Shown: positions 1-7,351 of the stretch, piece after piece
Numbering within the stretch: position 1 is the stretch's first letter
How the letters are laid out: every line of letters starts with the position of its first letter
From: a virus
Lineage: Duplodnaviria > Caudoviricetes
Virus record (IMG/VR): IMGVR_UViG_3300020044_001295
Coordinates: 1 to 29,706 of that record
DNA length: 29,706 nucleotides
Reading direction: 5' to 3' (one strand)
The notes under the pieces: generated by a model
The model's input: the letters and a program-made list of their open reading frames with translations, nothing else
Databases searched by the model: none
What the model was told of the DNA's origin: nothing
Translations under genes and position numbers: made by a program

Positions 1-241
1 GGGCTTCCAAAGCGTTGGAAACAATTGTGGGACTTGGGACTGCTGACAATTTTCTCTCCTGTTGTGGTTGTACTGAGCCATTGGTTTGACAATGGTGGCA
101 ATGAAAGACCACTGCCCCGTCTTGCTTACGGGTCAGGGTCATATCTTTTGATGTTGTTTTTTTGCGCTCAGTTGAGCAGTACGGGCAAGCTACCCGCGTC
201 GTCTCGGTGAAGTGGAATTGCTCCACAAACTCTGCGATCAT
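1..241 (-). CDS. Primase/helicase (T7 gp4/Twinkle-like), N-terminal Zn-binding domain; partial, runs off the window
   Basis: Not in the ORF track. Manual translation from ATG at 241 (ATGA overlap with the HNH stop): MIAEFVEQFHFTETTRVACPYCSTERKKTTSKDMTLTRKQDGAVVFHCHHCQTNGSVQPQQERKLSAVPSPTIVSNALEA... The CPYC...HCHHC pattern is a primase-type zinc ribbon. Confidence 0.75.
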   Translation of the reverse strand, partial: MIAEFVEQFHFTETTRVACPYCSTERKKTTSKDMTLTRKQDGAVVFHCHHCQTNGSVQPQQERKLSAVPSPTIVSNALEA

Positions 242-489
242 TTCATGCTGCCGTCAGAGTTACGTTTAAACGAACGGTTCTTGGCAGCCGGCTTGGCTTT
301 GAGATTACCGATGACAGTAGTTCCCCCCTTACTAAGGGGCTTCTTGTGGTCAACGTCTTTGCCATCGCCTTTGTGCACTACGCCTTTTTTCTCAAGCATT
401 CTGCGGGCTTTGTTTCTCTGCGCTCGATCTTGCTTTGAAGCCTCAGTACCTTGGTAGTTCTCGTACTCTTGTTTGTAGTTGCGTGGCAT
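238..489 (-). CDS. Small HNH endonuclease
   Basis: DVDHKKPLSKGG...NL......NRS is a HNH beta-beta-alpha-metal motif. Confidence 0.85.
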   Translation of the reverse strand: MPRNYKQEYENYQGTEASKQDRAQRNKARRMLEKKGVVHKGDGKDVDHKKPLSKGGTTVIGNLKAKPAAKNRSFKRNSDGSMK

Positions 490-491
490 GA

Positions 492-941
492 TTAATCCTT
501 TAGTTTCTTGAAACGTTTGGCTCGGATCATGACGCAGGGTTCAATGTCCTGTGCATCATTGCGATCAATGCGTCCTGAGACCACCATGTCATCAGGTACA
601 AACGGATTTTCGCCCGTGCCAAACCTAGAATAGTACAGGCCGTCACGCAGTTTTACAATGAGAACAAACGGCAATCCCGTTGCTTCATGCATATGTTTTG
701 CTGACATCCACTTGTGTAGGCTGAGGGAATAACCACCATTGCGGTCGAGGTCATCCATTGGGTAATTGCGGGTCTTCATCTCGCAAAAACCAATCGCTTT
801 ATCTTGTCGTGTAAACACATAGTCCAAGTGGTACTTGATGGGTAGCTTGGTCATCTTGCCGTTCCATGCTTGCTCGCATTTGCCGGCTACTTCAGACTCG
901 CGTTCGAGGTCTGCGTTTGTTTCATACATAGGTCTGCTCAT
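492..941 (-). CDS. PD-(D/E)XK-family nuclease-like protein
   Basis: E...YHLDY...FCEMKTR catalytic-like spacing; RBS-like GAGAG upstream. Confidence 0.65.
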   Translation of the reverse strand: MSRPMYETNADLERESEVAGKCEQAWNGKMTKLPIKYHLDYVFTRQDKAIGFCEMKTRNYPMDDLDRNGGYSLSLHKWMSAKHMHEATGLPFVLIVKLRDGLYYSRFGTGENPFVPDDMVVSGRIDRNDAQDIEPCVMIRAKRFKKLKD

Positions 942-959
942 TTTGGTACTCTCTTTTAT

Positions 960-1163
960 TTAAAGTTCTAATTCAATTTGTTCAGGCGGTGTGTAGTTCT
1001 CAATAGGTATTCCTTTGTCAAGTTGTTCAATAATATCTTCCTGTGTGGCGACTCGTATTGTCATAATCCCTAATGACACATGCGCTATCGCTTGTCTGCG
1101 GTTGGATGCACGGATCAGTCTGACCTGATCTCCTACGCCTACCGTGTAAACACGTTGCTTCAT
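960..1163 (-). CDS. Hypothetical phage protein
   Basis: 67 aa; GGAGG RBS; ATG overlaps the end of the upstream gene. Confidence 0.75.
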   Translation of the reverse strand: MKQRVYTVGVGDQVRLIRASNRRQAIAHVSLGIMTIRVATQEDIIEQLDKGIPIENYTPPEQIELEL

Positions 1164-1414
1164 TTAGCCTCCAATTGTTTCTGCGGTAGCTTGTCAATGA
1201 ATGCCTGACCAAACTGAATGCTGTTGCAGTCTTCAATCCAAACATCGTCAAGGAATGCCTCCTCCATATTGCCGTGGCAGTACACGCGAAACCGCTTGCC
1301 GCCATAGGCTATGTCGTACATGGACTCGACACGCTCGACAGGCTTATTGCACACGGCACAGGTCGGAACGTTGTGTAGAACAAGCTCGTACTTGTCAGTG
1401 GTGGTAATGTTCAT
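1160..1414 (-). CDS. Hypothetical protein with CxxC and CH (possible Zn binding)
   Basis: CAVC...YCHG; GAGGAGG RBS; ATGA coupling. Confidence 0.7.
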   Translation of the reverse strand: MNITTTDKYELVLHNVPTCAVCNKPVERVESMYDIAYGGKRFRVYCHGNMEEAFLDDVWIEDCNSIQFGQAFIDKLPQKQLEAK

Positions 1415-1737
1415 AGCACCTCCTCAAGAATGCGCCACGATTCCAACTTGTTGCCGTTTAAACTAACCTCAACAGGGATGCCAATCATGTCTGCACATGA
1501 AGTTACTTTGGCTTGCTCCATCAGCTTTGCGACACGACGGCACATCTCGCCCCAATGTTTAGTCTGATCCTCGACCGTCCACTGACAGTGATGATCCGGA
1601 GTGCGTGTCCATGTGCCATCAAAGTCACCGACACCCCAACCTTTACCACCTAGCGTGACTGACATACCAAACATTGCACCGTCATAGCCGCCAAGACCAA
1701 CGTCAAACTTTTGTATTTTGCCTAGCTCTTTAGTCAT
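1411..1737 (-). CDS. Hypothetical phage protein
   Basis: 108 aa; ATGA-coupled at both ends. Confidence 0.75.
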   Translation of the reverse strand: MTKELGKIQKFDVGLGGYDGAMFGMSVTLGGKGWGVGDFDGTWTRTPDHHCQWTVEDQTKHWGEMCRRVAKLMEQAKVTSCADMIGIPVEVSLNGNKLESWRILEEVL

Positions 1738-1922
1738 GCTTGTCCCCTTGATAGGATAACTGTGGCAGTAAAAGGGGCTTTGGTGTTTTCAGCCAACTTT
1801 GCACACGCCTCACGCTCATGCTGTGCTACTAGCTTGGCAAAGGTTTCAAGGGTTTTAATCACATTTTGTGGTTGGATAATCCCTGCCTCATAAGCCATCT
1901 TAATGATTTCATCTTGCTTCAT
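1734..1922 (-). CDS. Hypothetical phage protein (EREACA family), paralog of 6972..7187
   Basis: Shares IIxMA, EREACA and RGQA* motifs with 6972..7187. Confidence 0.75.
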   Translation of the reverse strand: MKQDEIIKMAYEAGIIQPQNVIKTLETFAKLVAQHEREACAKLAENTKAPFTATVILSRGQA

Positions 1923-2149
1923 GGGTTATGCTCCTTGATCATTCTGTTTTTATGCCTGATCACTACAAGCAAGCGCAGAATATCCCGCATCTTTTTCTCT
2001 GCGACCGGACTCAGGTCATTGTCAAAGTCTAGGAGCAACCCGATAGCCCTGATGCCCTCCTGAGTAGCATCCTCAATTTCTTGGTGCTTAACACCTTTCT
2101 GCGCGTCCCTGTAACTCTTTGTGTCAGGGTACTTTTTTACTGTTTCCAT
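1919..2149 (-). CDS. Hypothetical protein, first gene of the leftward operon
   Basis: AAGGAGAG RBS before ATG at 2149; ATGA coupling to the next gene. Confidence 0.7.
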   Translation of the reverse strand: METVKKYPDTKSYRDAQKGVKHQEIEDATQEGIRAIGLLLDFDNDLSPVAEKKMRDILRLLVVIRHKNRMIKEHNP

Positions 2150-2630
2150 CTTCTCTCCTTTACGCCCTTGTCGGGCTTGTTAATATATTTCCACCCATAG
2201 ACCCCCCTACCCCATGAGAGTAGAGAGGGATGGTTTCCACCGCCTTTCGGCTTCTGCATGTCAACGTTAGTTGACCCCTGTGCTTGCAGATACGACCAGC
2301 ACCGTGGGTTATTCGGGAACTGCCCCCTAGCCTTACGGCATACCACGTAACCCTTTGCTTCCACGCAGGCAGATATCTACCCCTTAGTAACGTCTGGAGT
2401 ACGGTTGTCGTAGGAGGGGGTGAGACTAGAACTGCTCACATAAAGCAGTGTGTTTCAAAACATTACGTCCACAATGGCGCTAACCCATTGCACAGTCCTA
2501 GTCTCAAAAACAAAAAAGGCCACTTACAACTGCGCTCGGTAGGAACCTTAACTAATGACTCTTCGACTGATCATTAGGTAAGGCGGAACGCATGTATAAG
2601 TGGCCTCGATTATTGCTTCCTACGGCAACG
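2150..2630 (-). ncRNA. Candidate long structured leader/ncRNA, including a c4/P4-CI-like element at 2517-2630
   Basis: Many nested stems: 2517-2526/2597-2606 followed by a U-tract on minus; 2421-2434/2493-2506; GNRA hairpins at 2330-2339 and 2242-2251; a G-U-rich stem at 2202-2229 that pairs only on the minus strand. Lies directly downstream of a promoter. Confidence 0.6.
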
Positions 2631-2635
2631 ATTGA

Positions 2636-2666
2636 ATTATAAGCACAACTAGTTTGGTTGTGTCAA
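2636..2666 (-). promoter_or_regulatory. Leftward sigma70-type promoter TTGACA-N19-TATAAT with overlapping dyad CACAAC-N7-GTTGTG
   Basis: Perfect -35 (2661-2666) and -10 (2636-2641) hexamers on minus; inverted repeat at 2644-2649/2657-2662. Confidence 0.7.
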
Positions 2667-2800
2667 GCAGTACCAAAAATATTTTTACACGCTAGCCGGC
2701 TAAAGTGACAGAAAATAACTTAGCGATGGCTAACCCAAATTCTGCCAACCGGGTTTAGAAATTTATGCGTTTAAACATCAACAGCGTATCCCGGGATGTG

Positions 2801-2829
2801 TTGCAGCGGGATTTTTTTGCGTGTAAACT
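2801..2829 (+). promoter_or_regulatory. Rightward sigma70-type promoter TTGCAG-N17-TAAACT
   Basis: Near-consensus hexamers, 17-bp spacer, directly upstream of a hairpin plus terminator unit. Confidence 0.5.
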
Positions 2830-2835
2830 ACACAC

Positions 2836-2918
2836 ACCGACGACTGCAGTTGCCGGTACTCTCCTCTCTCCGTTGTGAGATTCAGCCCTTCCGAGTTCGC
2901 TTGGTGGGGCTTTTTTTT
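2836..2918 (+). ncRNA. Candidate ~83-nt small RNA with CU-rich anti-SD segment
   Basis: 5' hairpin 2836-2857, single-stranded ACTCTCCTCTCTCC, 3' intrinsic terminator; no credible ORF. Confidence 0.55.
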
Positions 2919-3319
2919 GGAGCAATCTCAGGGATCTTTTCTACAATGATCTCAGAGCGGGGGTTCTCAGGGTCTAGCCCCCAATAGCAATGACGCTCTT
3001 TAACCTGACGATCGTTCTCATATATAAGACCCTGCATCAGGTCTAGGATCAGGCTCTCGTCCAAGTCGGGTCGCCTTGACGCATAAAAAATATGCAGAGT
3101 AACTCGCAGATCACCCGTCATTAGGGTAGCAAGTGGCCGGCACTGTTGCCTAAAAACATCAGAGTAACTTAATGCTTTCTTAGACTTAATCAGCCGAGAC
3201 ATACCACCGTAGTGTACAACTCTACGCGAATTAGCCTTTGACGCAGGCTCTCCAAAAATAATTTGTGATAGCACTTGCAATTCGTCTGCGCAATCGCTAT
3301 TATTGAGGTTCGGATTCAT
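2882..3319 (-). CDS. rusA: RusA-like Holliday junction resolvase (start uncertain, 3319 or downstream)
   Basis: GEPASKANSRR...RRPDLDESLILDLMQGLIYENDRQV...NPRSEI matches the RusA pattern. The ORF-track start at 3355 overlaps the next gene and is unlikely. Confidence 0.8.
   Translation of the reverse strand: MNPNLNNSDCADELQVLSQIIFGEPASKANSRRVVHYGGMSRLIKSKKALSYSDVFRQQCRPLATLMTGDLRVTLHIFYASRRPDLDESLILDLMQGLIYENDRQVKERHCYWGLDPENPRSEIIVEKIPEIAPKKSPTKRTRKG
2884..2918 (+). terminator. Rho-independent terminator
   Basis: AGCCC-TT-CCGAG-TTCG-CTTGG-TG-GGGCT stem-loop followed by T8 (2911-2918); overlaps the 3' end of rusA on the opposite strand. Confidence 0.7.
3275..3303 (+). promoter_or_regulatory. 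Rightward promoter TTGCAA-N17-TATTAT for the recombination operon
   Basis: Near-consensus hexamers, 17-bp spacer, 35 bp upstream of ATG 3339 with GGAGAG RBS. Confidence 0.6.
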
Positions 3320-3338
3320 AACAACCTTTGGAGAGTAA

Positions 3339-4205
3339 ATGAAGATAACCAACAAACAGAATCTGCCCGCACCACTAGTGGCTTTGCTGTCACGTAACTA
3401 CTACAGCAAGGGGGCATCACAGTATAGCGTGACTGAGCTAATGTCGCCACCAAAGATTCGCAGACTACGCGAACAGTATGACGAGTCGATGGAGATTGAC
3501 GTAACCAAAATGATTGCTTCTCAGCTAGGCACGTTCATGCACGGCAAGCTTGAGGCCAAGGAAGTTGAGGGCTACCACAACGAGGAGCGCATCTTTACCG
3601 AGATCGATGGTGTGGTGATCAGCGGTGCGATCGACCTACAACAAGTGGTAGATGGCGGGGTCATCATCATTGACTATAAGTTTGTCAAGGCGTGGTCAGT
3701 CAAGCAGGGCAAGTCTGATTGGGAAACGCAGTTGAACATCTACAAGTGGCTTGTTGAGTCTGTCAAGCGTGTACCCGTCAAGGGCTTGCAGATCTGCGCC
3801 ATCATCAAGGATTACTCTGCCCACGACACATCAGAGGGCTACCCCGAAGCTGAGGCAATCATGATTGATGTCCCAATGTGGGACGCAGTCAAGACCGAAG
3901 CCTATGTCCGTCAGCGCCTAGATATGCACCGCCATGCCCGCATGGCTCACGACTTTGGAGAAGAGCTTCAGCCCTGCTCTGATGAGGAACGTTGGATGAC
4001 CGAGACGGTCTACGCCACGAAGAAGGATGGACGCAAGTCTGCGATCCGTTTATTTAAAACCATAGAGGAAGCCACAGAGTTGGCAGAAAAGGAAAAAGGC
4101 TATGTCGAAACCCGCAAAGGCGAACCCAAGCGTTGCACAGGAGATTTCTGTGGAGTCAGCAAGTGGTGCAGTCAATATCAAGGAGAACTCAATGTCACCG
4201 CATGA
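3339..4205 (+). CDS. PD-(D/E)XK (RecB/Cas4-like) exonuclease
   Basis: GTFMH...E...SGAIDL...IIDYK...QLNIY motifs; C-terminal Cys cluster (C...RC...FC....WC); adjacent to an annealing protein. Confidence 0.85.
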   Translation: MKITNKQNLPAPLVALLSRNYYSKGASQYSVTELMSPPKIRRLREQYDESMEIDVTKMIASQLGTFMHGKLEAKEVEGYHNEERIFTEIDGVVISGAIDLQQVVDGGVIIIDYKFVKAWSVKQGKSDWETQLNIYKWLVESVKRVPVKGLQICAIIKDYSAHDTSEGYPEAEAIMIDVPMWDAVKTEAYVRQRLDMHRHARMAHDFGEELQPCSDEERWMTETVYATKKDGRKSAIRLFKTIEEATELAEKEKGYVETRKGEPKRCTGDFCGVSKWCSQYQGELNVTA

Positions 4206-4896
4206 TTTATTGAAGATCAACGTCAACGACCACACCGAGAAGAAGAACGGCTTAACGTACCTCTCATGGGCATGGGCATGGCAAGAAGCTTTGAAGGCAG
4301 ATCAGACTGCTACGTTTGATGTGCAGACCTTTGACGGCAAGCCTTACATGGATGTCAACGGCACAGGCATGGTATGGGTCACCGTTACCTTGTTTGGTCA
4401 GCCCCGCACTTGTATGTTGCCCGTCATGGACTACAAGAACAAACCCATCCTTAATCCTGATGCGTTTGCCGTTAATACCGCCATCATGCGATGCATGACC
4501 AAAGCCCTTGCCTTGCATGGCCTCGGGATATACATCTATGCCGGAGATGATTTACCGCAGTCAGACGCTCCAACCACTATGGGTGAGTTGACCAAACAGG
4601 AAGACGCACCTCATTACGAGGAGATTATTGCCAAGGTTTGGGAGAAAAAGCTTGGCAAGACTGCACCCAAGGCAGACCAAACCTTGGACAACTCTGACGC
4701 AAGTCGCAAATTGTTTGCAGACGGGATGATTGAGTACACATCCCACTGCACCACGGTAGCTGGTTTAAACAGCTATTGGAAAAGCAATCAGCTTCAGCTT
4801 GACTCGCTGAAGGTGACGCACCCCGACCTCTACCAAGCGGTCTTAACCAAGTTCCAAGAACTTAAAAAATCCTTTTCTAACGGAGAAACCAAATGA
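4192..4896 (+). CDS. Sak3-like (DUF1071) single-strand annealing protein
   Basis: NVNDHTEKKNGLTYLSWAWAW...LPVMDYKNK...VNTAIMRCMTKALALHGLGIYIYAGDDLP; AGGAG RBS before ATG 4192. Confidence 0.85.
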   Translation: MSPHDLLKINVNDHTEKKNGLTYLSWAWAWQEALKADQTATFDVQTFDGKPYMDVNGTGMVWVTVTLFGQPRTCMLPVMDYKNKPILNPDAFAVNTAIMRCMTKALALHGLGIYIYAGDDLPQSDAPTTMGELTKQEDAPHYEEIIAKVWEKKLGKTAPKADQTLDNSDASRKLFADGMIEYTSHCTTVAGLNSYWKSNQLQLDSLKVTHPDLYQAVLTKFQELKKSFSNGETK

Positions 4897-5195
4897 GTAA
4901 TGAGTACCAAGCCAAGCCGGATTCCGGCTCCATGTTCGCAACCCAAAGCAAGAAGACTCCCAAGTCTCCCGACTACTTTGGCACGTTCCATATCAACCTT
5001 AAAGACCTGACCAACATCAAGACCGAAGACGGCCTGACTGTGATCAAGATATCCGGATGGAAGAAGGTCGCCAAGAACGGCAAAACTTTTCTGTCCTTGG
5101 CCGTGGATCGTTTTGTTCCACAACAACAAGGCGGTACACGCCAAGAAAATCAAGCGCAGGAGTTTCCTGCTGACGATTCGGACATTCCCTTTTAA
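4893..5195 (+). CDS. Small ssDNA-binding-like protein
   Basis: PDYFG...SGW...GKTFLSL core and acidic C-terminal tail DDSDIPF typical of SSBs; follows exonuclease and SSAP genes. Confidence 0.7.
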   Translation: MSNEYQAKPDSGSMFATQSKKTPKSPDYFGTFHINLKDLTNIKTEDGLTVIKISGWKKVAKNGKTFLSLAVDRFVPQQQGGTRQENQAQEFPADDSDIPF

Positions 5196-5204
5196 GGAGA
5201 GACC

Positions 5205-5555
5205 ATGACTAAATCAAAACAAATCCTTGCTTACAAACAAGCCAACCCCACACACAAAGCAAAAGATATTGCCAAGGCTTGTGGTGTAGCAAATGCTTAT
5301 GTTTATCAAGTGCTTCACAAAGCCAAGAACAAGACGGCAAAGAAGTCTGTTGTCCCTACAGATGGGCAAAAGGTTTTACGTGAAGAGATGGATCGTTTAC
5401 ACGCAGAGATTGCCAACTTGCAAATTATGGATGAAGTAAGCGAACGTCTTCTTGCTGATTACGAGTCTGAGATTGAGCAGTTGAATAGCGACATCATTGG
5501 CTACCGTGCGGTAATCTCCTATTTACAAGGACAACTTGATGGCGCTACAGTTTGA
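5205..5555 (+). CDS. HTH protein with C-terminal coiled coil
   Basis: AKDIAKACGVANAYVYQVL is a HTH-like segment; heptad-rich tail; AAGGAG RBS. Confidence 0.65.
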   Translation: MTKSKQILAYKQANPTHKAKDIAKACGVANAYVYQVLHKAKNKTAKKSVVPTDGQKVLREEMDRLHAEIANLQIMDEVSERLLADYESEIEQLNSDIIGYRAVISYLQGQLDGATV

Positions 5556-5931
5556 AGCCCGTAAAGTAGCGTTGAAGCAAGACCGTACAGGTTTTATTTT
5601 GACGCTTGCCATGCACCCCGACGATGTTCCGGAGGAGATCCTCCGTGACTTTGTCGGGACACGTTACGCCTGTGCGGTGGTTCGCATCAATGATGATGAA
5701 TCACCGATGGAGTACGACAACCGAGTCAAGAAGGCAGGGATGCTATGTCGGGATCAAGACTTTCAATTCTTTCTAGGGGTTGACAGTGAAGATGCTGCGG
5801 CTGACAAGCTGTGTAAACACTGCGGTATCGAATCAAGAACAGAACTCAATGGGAATGCCAGCGCCAAAACAATCTTTGACAGGTTGGTTTCATCCTATTC
5901 AGATACGAAAGTAATCGATGACCCTTTCTAA
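5539..5931 (+). CDS. Hypothetical phage protein
   Basis: 130-aa ORF within the operon, AAGGA RBS. Confidence 0.75.
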   Translation: MALQFEARKVALKQDRTGFILTLAMHPDDVPEEILRDFVGTRYACAVVRINDDESPMEYDNRVKKAGMLCRDQDFQFFLGVDSEDAAADKLCKHCGIESRTELNGNASAKTIFDRLVSSYSDTKVIDDPF

Positions 5932-6229
5932 GAAACTTAAACCCTTCATGACTTACATGGATGACCATGACTACGTCAAGCTTAAACGCTTTGCCAAGTC
6001 CAAGAAGGTCACTATGGCTAGGATTCTGCGTGAGGGATTGGTCATGCGGATGGCTGAGGACAACCCTTACATGGCCGGCTTCAATGACGGCCTTGACAAG
6101 GCGGTAAGCTTGATGACCGCAAATAATGCGGCTCAGATGCGCTTTCCGTCGGGTCAGTCATTCGCAGAGATCATGACCGACGAGATCATGCAACACCGCA
6201 TCCGCGAGGTTCCAAATGAAACTGCTTAA
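5918..6229 (+). CDS. Putative ribbon-helix-helix DNA-binding protein
   Basis: KPFMTYMDDHDYVKLKRFAKSKKVTMARILREGL fits the RHH pattern. Confidence 0.6.
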   Translation: MTLSKKLKPFMTYMDDHDYVKLKRFAKSKKVTMARILREGLVMRMAEDNPYMAGFNDGLDKAVSLMTANNAAQMRFPSGQSFAEIMTDEIMQHRIREVPNETA

Positions 6230-6446
6230 CGGTCAGCGTAATCAATGCCAAAGCTGTAAGGAGTACTTCAACAGTGTCGGAGCATTTGAGAAGCACCGCA
6301 CGGGCAAGCATGGTGTTAACCGCAGATGCAGAACTCCCGAAGAGCTTCTGGCTTTGGGATGCAGTTTAAACAAGGATGGGTTTTGGATTACCAAGAAACG
6401 TCCCGAAGATTCATACACAACAAGGAGTCAAGACAATGATGACTGA
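6216..6446 (+). CDS. Phage zinc-finger protein (CxxC...FxxHR type)
   Basis: CQSCKEYFNSVGAFEKHRTG...RRC. Confidence 0.7.
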   Translation: MKLLNGQRNQCQSCKEYFNSVGAFEKHRTGKHGVNRRCRTPEELLALGCSLNKDGFWITKKRPEDSYTTRSQDNDD

Positions 6447-6612
6447 AAAGCTACGCAAGAAAGCCCGTTGCTTATACAACAACGATATGGTTCCCGAACA
6501 CATTAACCGCCACAACCAACGCAAGTGGGTACGTGCAGTTCTGCGCTTGGGTGAGCATTGGTTGATTGCCAAGCCAATAGGGAGACTTGATGCAAACCAA
6601 AGCCATCCTTGA
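6436..6612 (+). CDS. Hypothetical phage protein
   Basis: AAGGAG RBS before ATG 6436; basic 58-aa protein. Confidence 0.7.
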   Translation: MMTEKLRKKARCLYNNDMVPEHINRHNQRKWVRAVLRLGEHWLIAKPIGRLDANQSHP

Positions 6613-6796
6613 GTTTATATACCCCGAAGATGAGGACAGGCTTCTGTTCGCCATCAAGGGGCCGGAGATGTACAAGGCACTGACAAATATCAAGATGGCA
6701 GTGACAGGAAGCTTTAACACCAAGGCTGATTTAAACGCAGTCCTTGACCGAGTACAAGATTTAACAGATCAAATATTTGAGGAGCTAGGAGAATGA
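6590..6796 (+). CDS. Hypothetical phage protein
   Basis: GGGAG RBS; overlaps neighbours in the operon. Confidence 0.7.
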   Translation: MQTKAILEFIYPEDEDRLLFAIKGPEMYKALTNIKMAVTGSFNTKADLNAVLDRVQDLTDQIFEELGE

Positions 6797-6975
6797 CAAA
6801 CGAGGAGAGGGAGATAGATTTAAACATTGCAGACCTAGAGGCAGAGAACCGTAGGCTCAAGAAGGTAGAACAGGCGGCTCAGGCCGTAGTCAAATCGTTT
6901 AGCAATAGCATTGACTACAACACTTGGGATGCAGCGCTTGATGCGCTTGAGGCTACGCTGAAGGAAAAGCCATGA
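6793..6975 (+). CDS. Hypothetical coiled-coil protein
   Basis: AGGAG RBS; ATGA coupling at both ends. Confidence 0.7.
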   Translation: MTNEEREIDLNIADLEAENRRLKKVEQAAQAVVKSFSNSIDYNTWDAALDALEATLKEKP

Positions 6976-7187
6976 ACAGAGAAGACATTATTCGCATGGC
7001 GCGGGAGCAAGGACTCCCAGAAACAGATACTGAGGGGGTGTTCATTGTAAACACCGATGATCTTGGCCGAATGCTTTCTGCCGAGCGTGAGGCGTGTGCA
7101 CAGATGCTAGAAGCGGCTTCAAAAACAGGAAAAATAATAAGTTGTACAAGTGCGGCAAAAGCCATCCGAGCAAGGGGACAAGCATGA
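6972..7187 (+). CDS. Hypothetical phage protein (EREACA family)
   Basis: Paralog of 1734..1922; ATGA coupling. Confidence 0.75.
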   Translation: MNREDIIRMAREQGLPETDTEGVFIVNTDDLGRMLSAEREACAQMLEAASKTGKIISCTSAAKAIRARGQA

Positions 7188-7351
7188 ACTTTAACCAAGG
7201 AAAACTTGTTGACGGCCTGATTGATGACCTGATGCAGACCATCCACAAATATGATGACTCTTTGTACATGGCGACCGTCATTGGTGCATTGGAATTTGTC
7301 AAATTGCAATTGATTGAAGAAAGCAAGGAGCATGATGATGACACAGACTGA
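7184..7351 (+). CDS. Hypothetical phage protein
   Basis: Starts MNFNQGK at the ATGA overlap at 7184. Confidence 0.7.
   Translation: MNFNQGKLVDGLIDDLMQTIHKYDDSLYMATVIGALEFVKLQLIEESKEHDDDTD

Noticed and set aside
157-163. A7 run in the primase gene as a possible frameshift site
   Set aside because: The frame stays open through both Cys pairs to the window edge; no shift is needed.
2137-2364. 75-aa minus-strand ORF in the leader
   Set aside because: GTG start without a clear RBS and unusual composition; it coincides with dense RNA stems, so it is better explained as non-coding RNA.
2472-2490. Resemblance of the GGTTAGCGCC hairpin to pistol ribozyme P1
   Set aside because: No downstream complement of the loop (CGCTAAC) on the same strand to form the required pseudoknot.
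2667-2800. Small palindromes (TAGCCGGCTA, TTAGC...GCTAA, AAAAATATTTTT) as replication origin or operators
   Set aside because: No iterons or repeated consensus visible; too weak to call.
3339-4205. Cas4-like gene as evidence of a CRISPR-Cas system
   Set aside because: No array or other cas genes; context (Sak3-like, SSB-like) indicates a recombination exonuclease.
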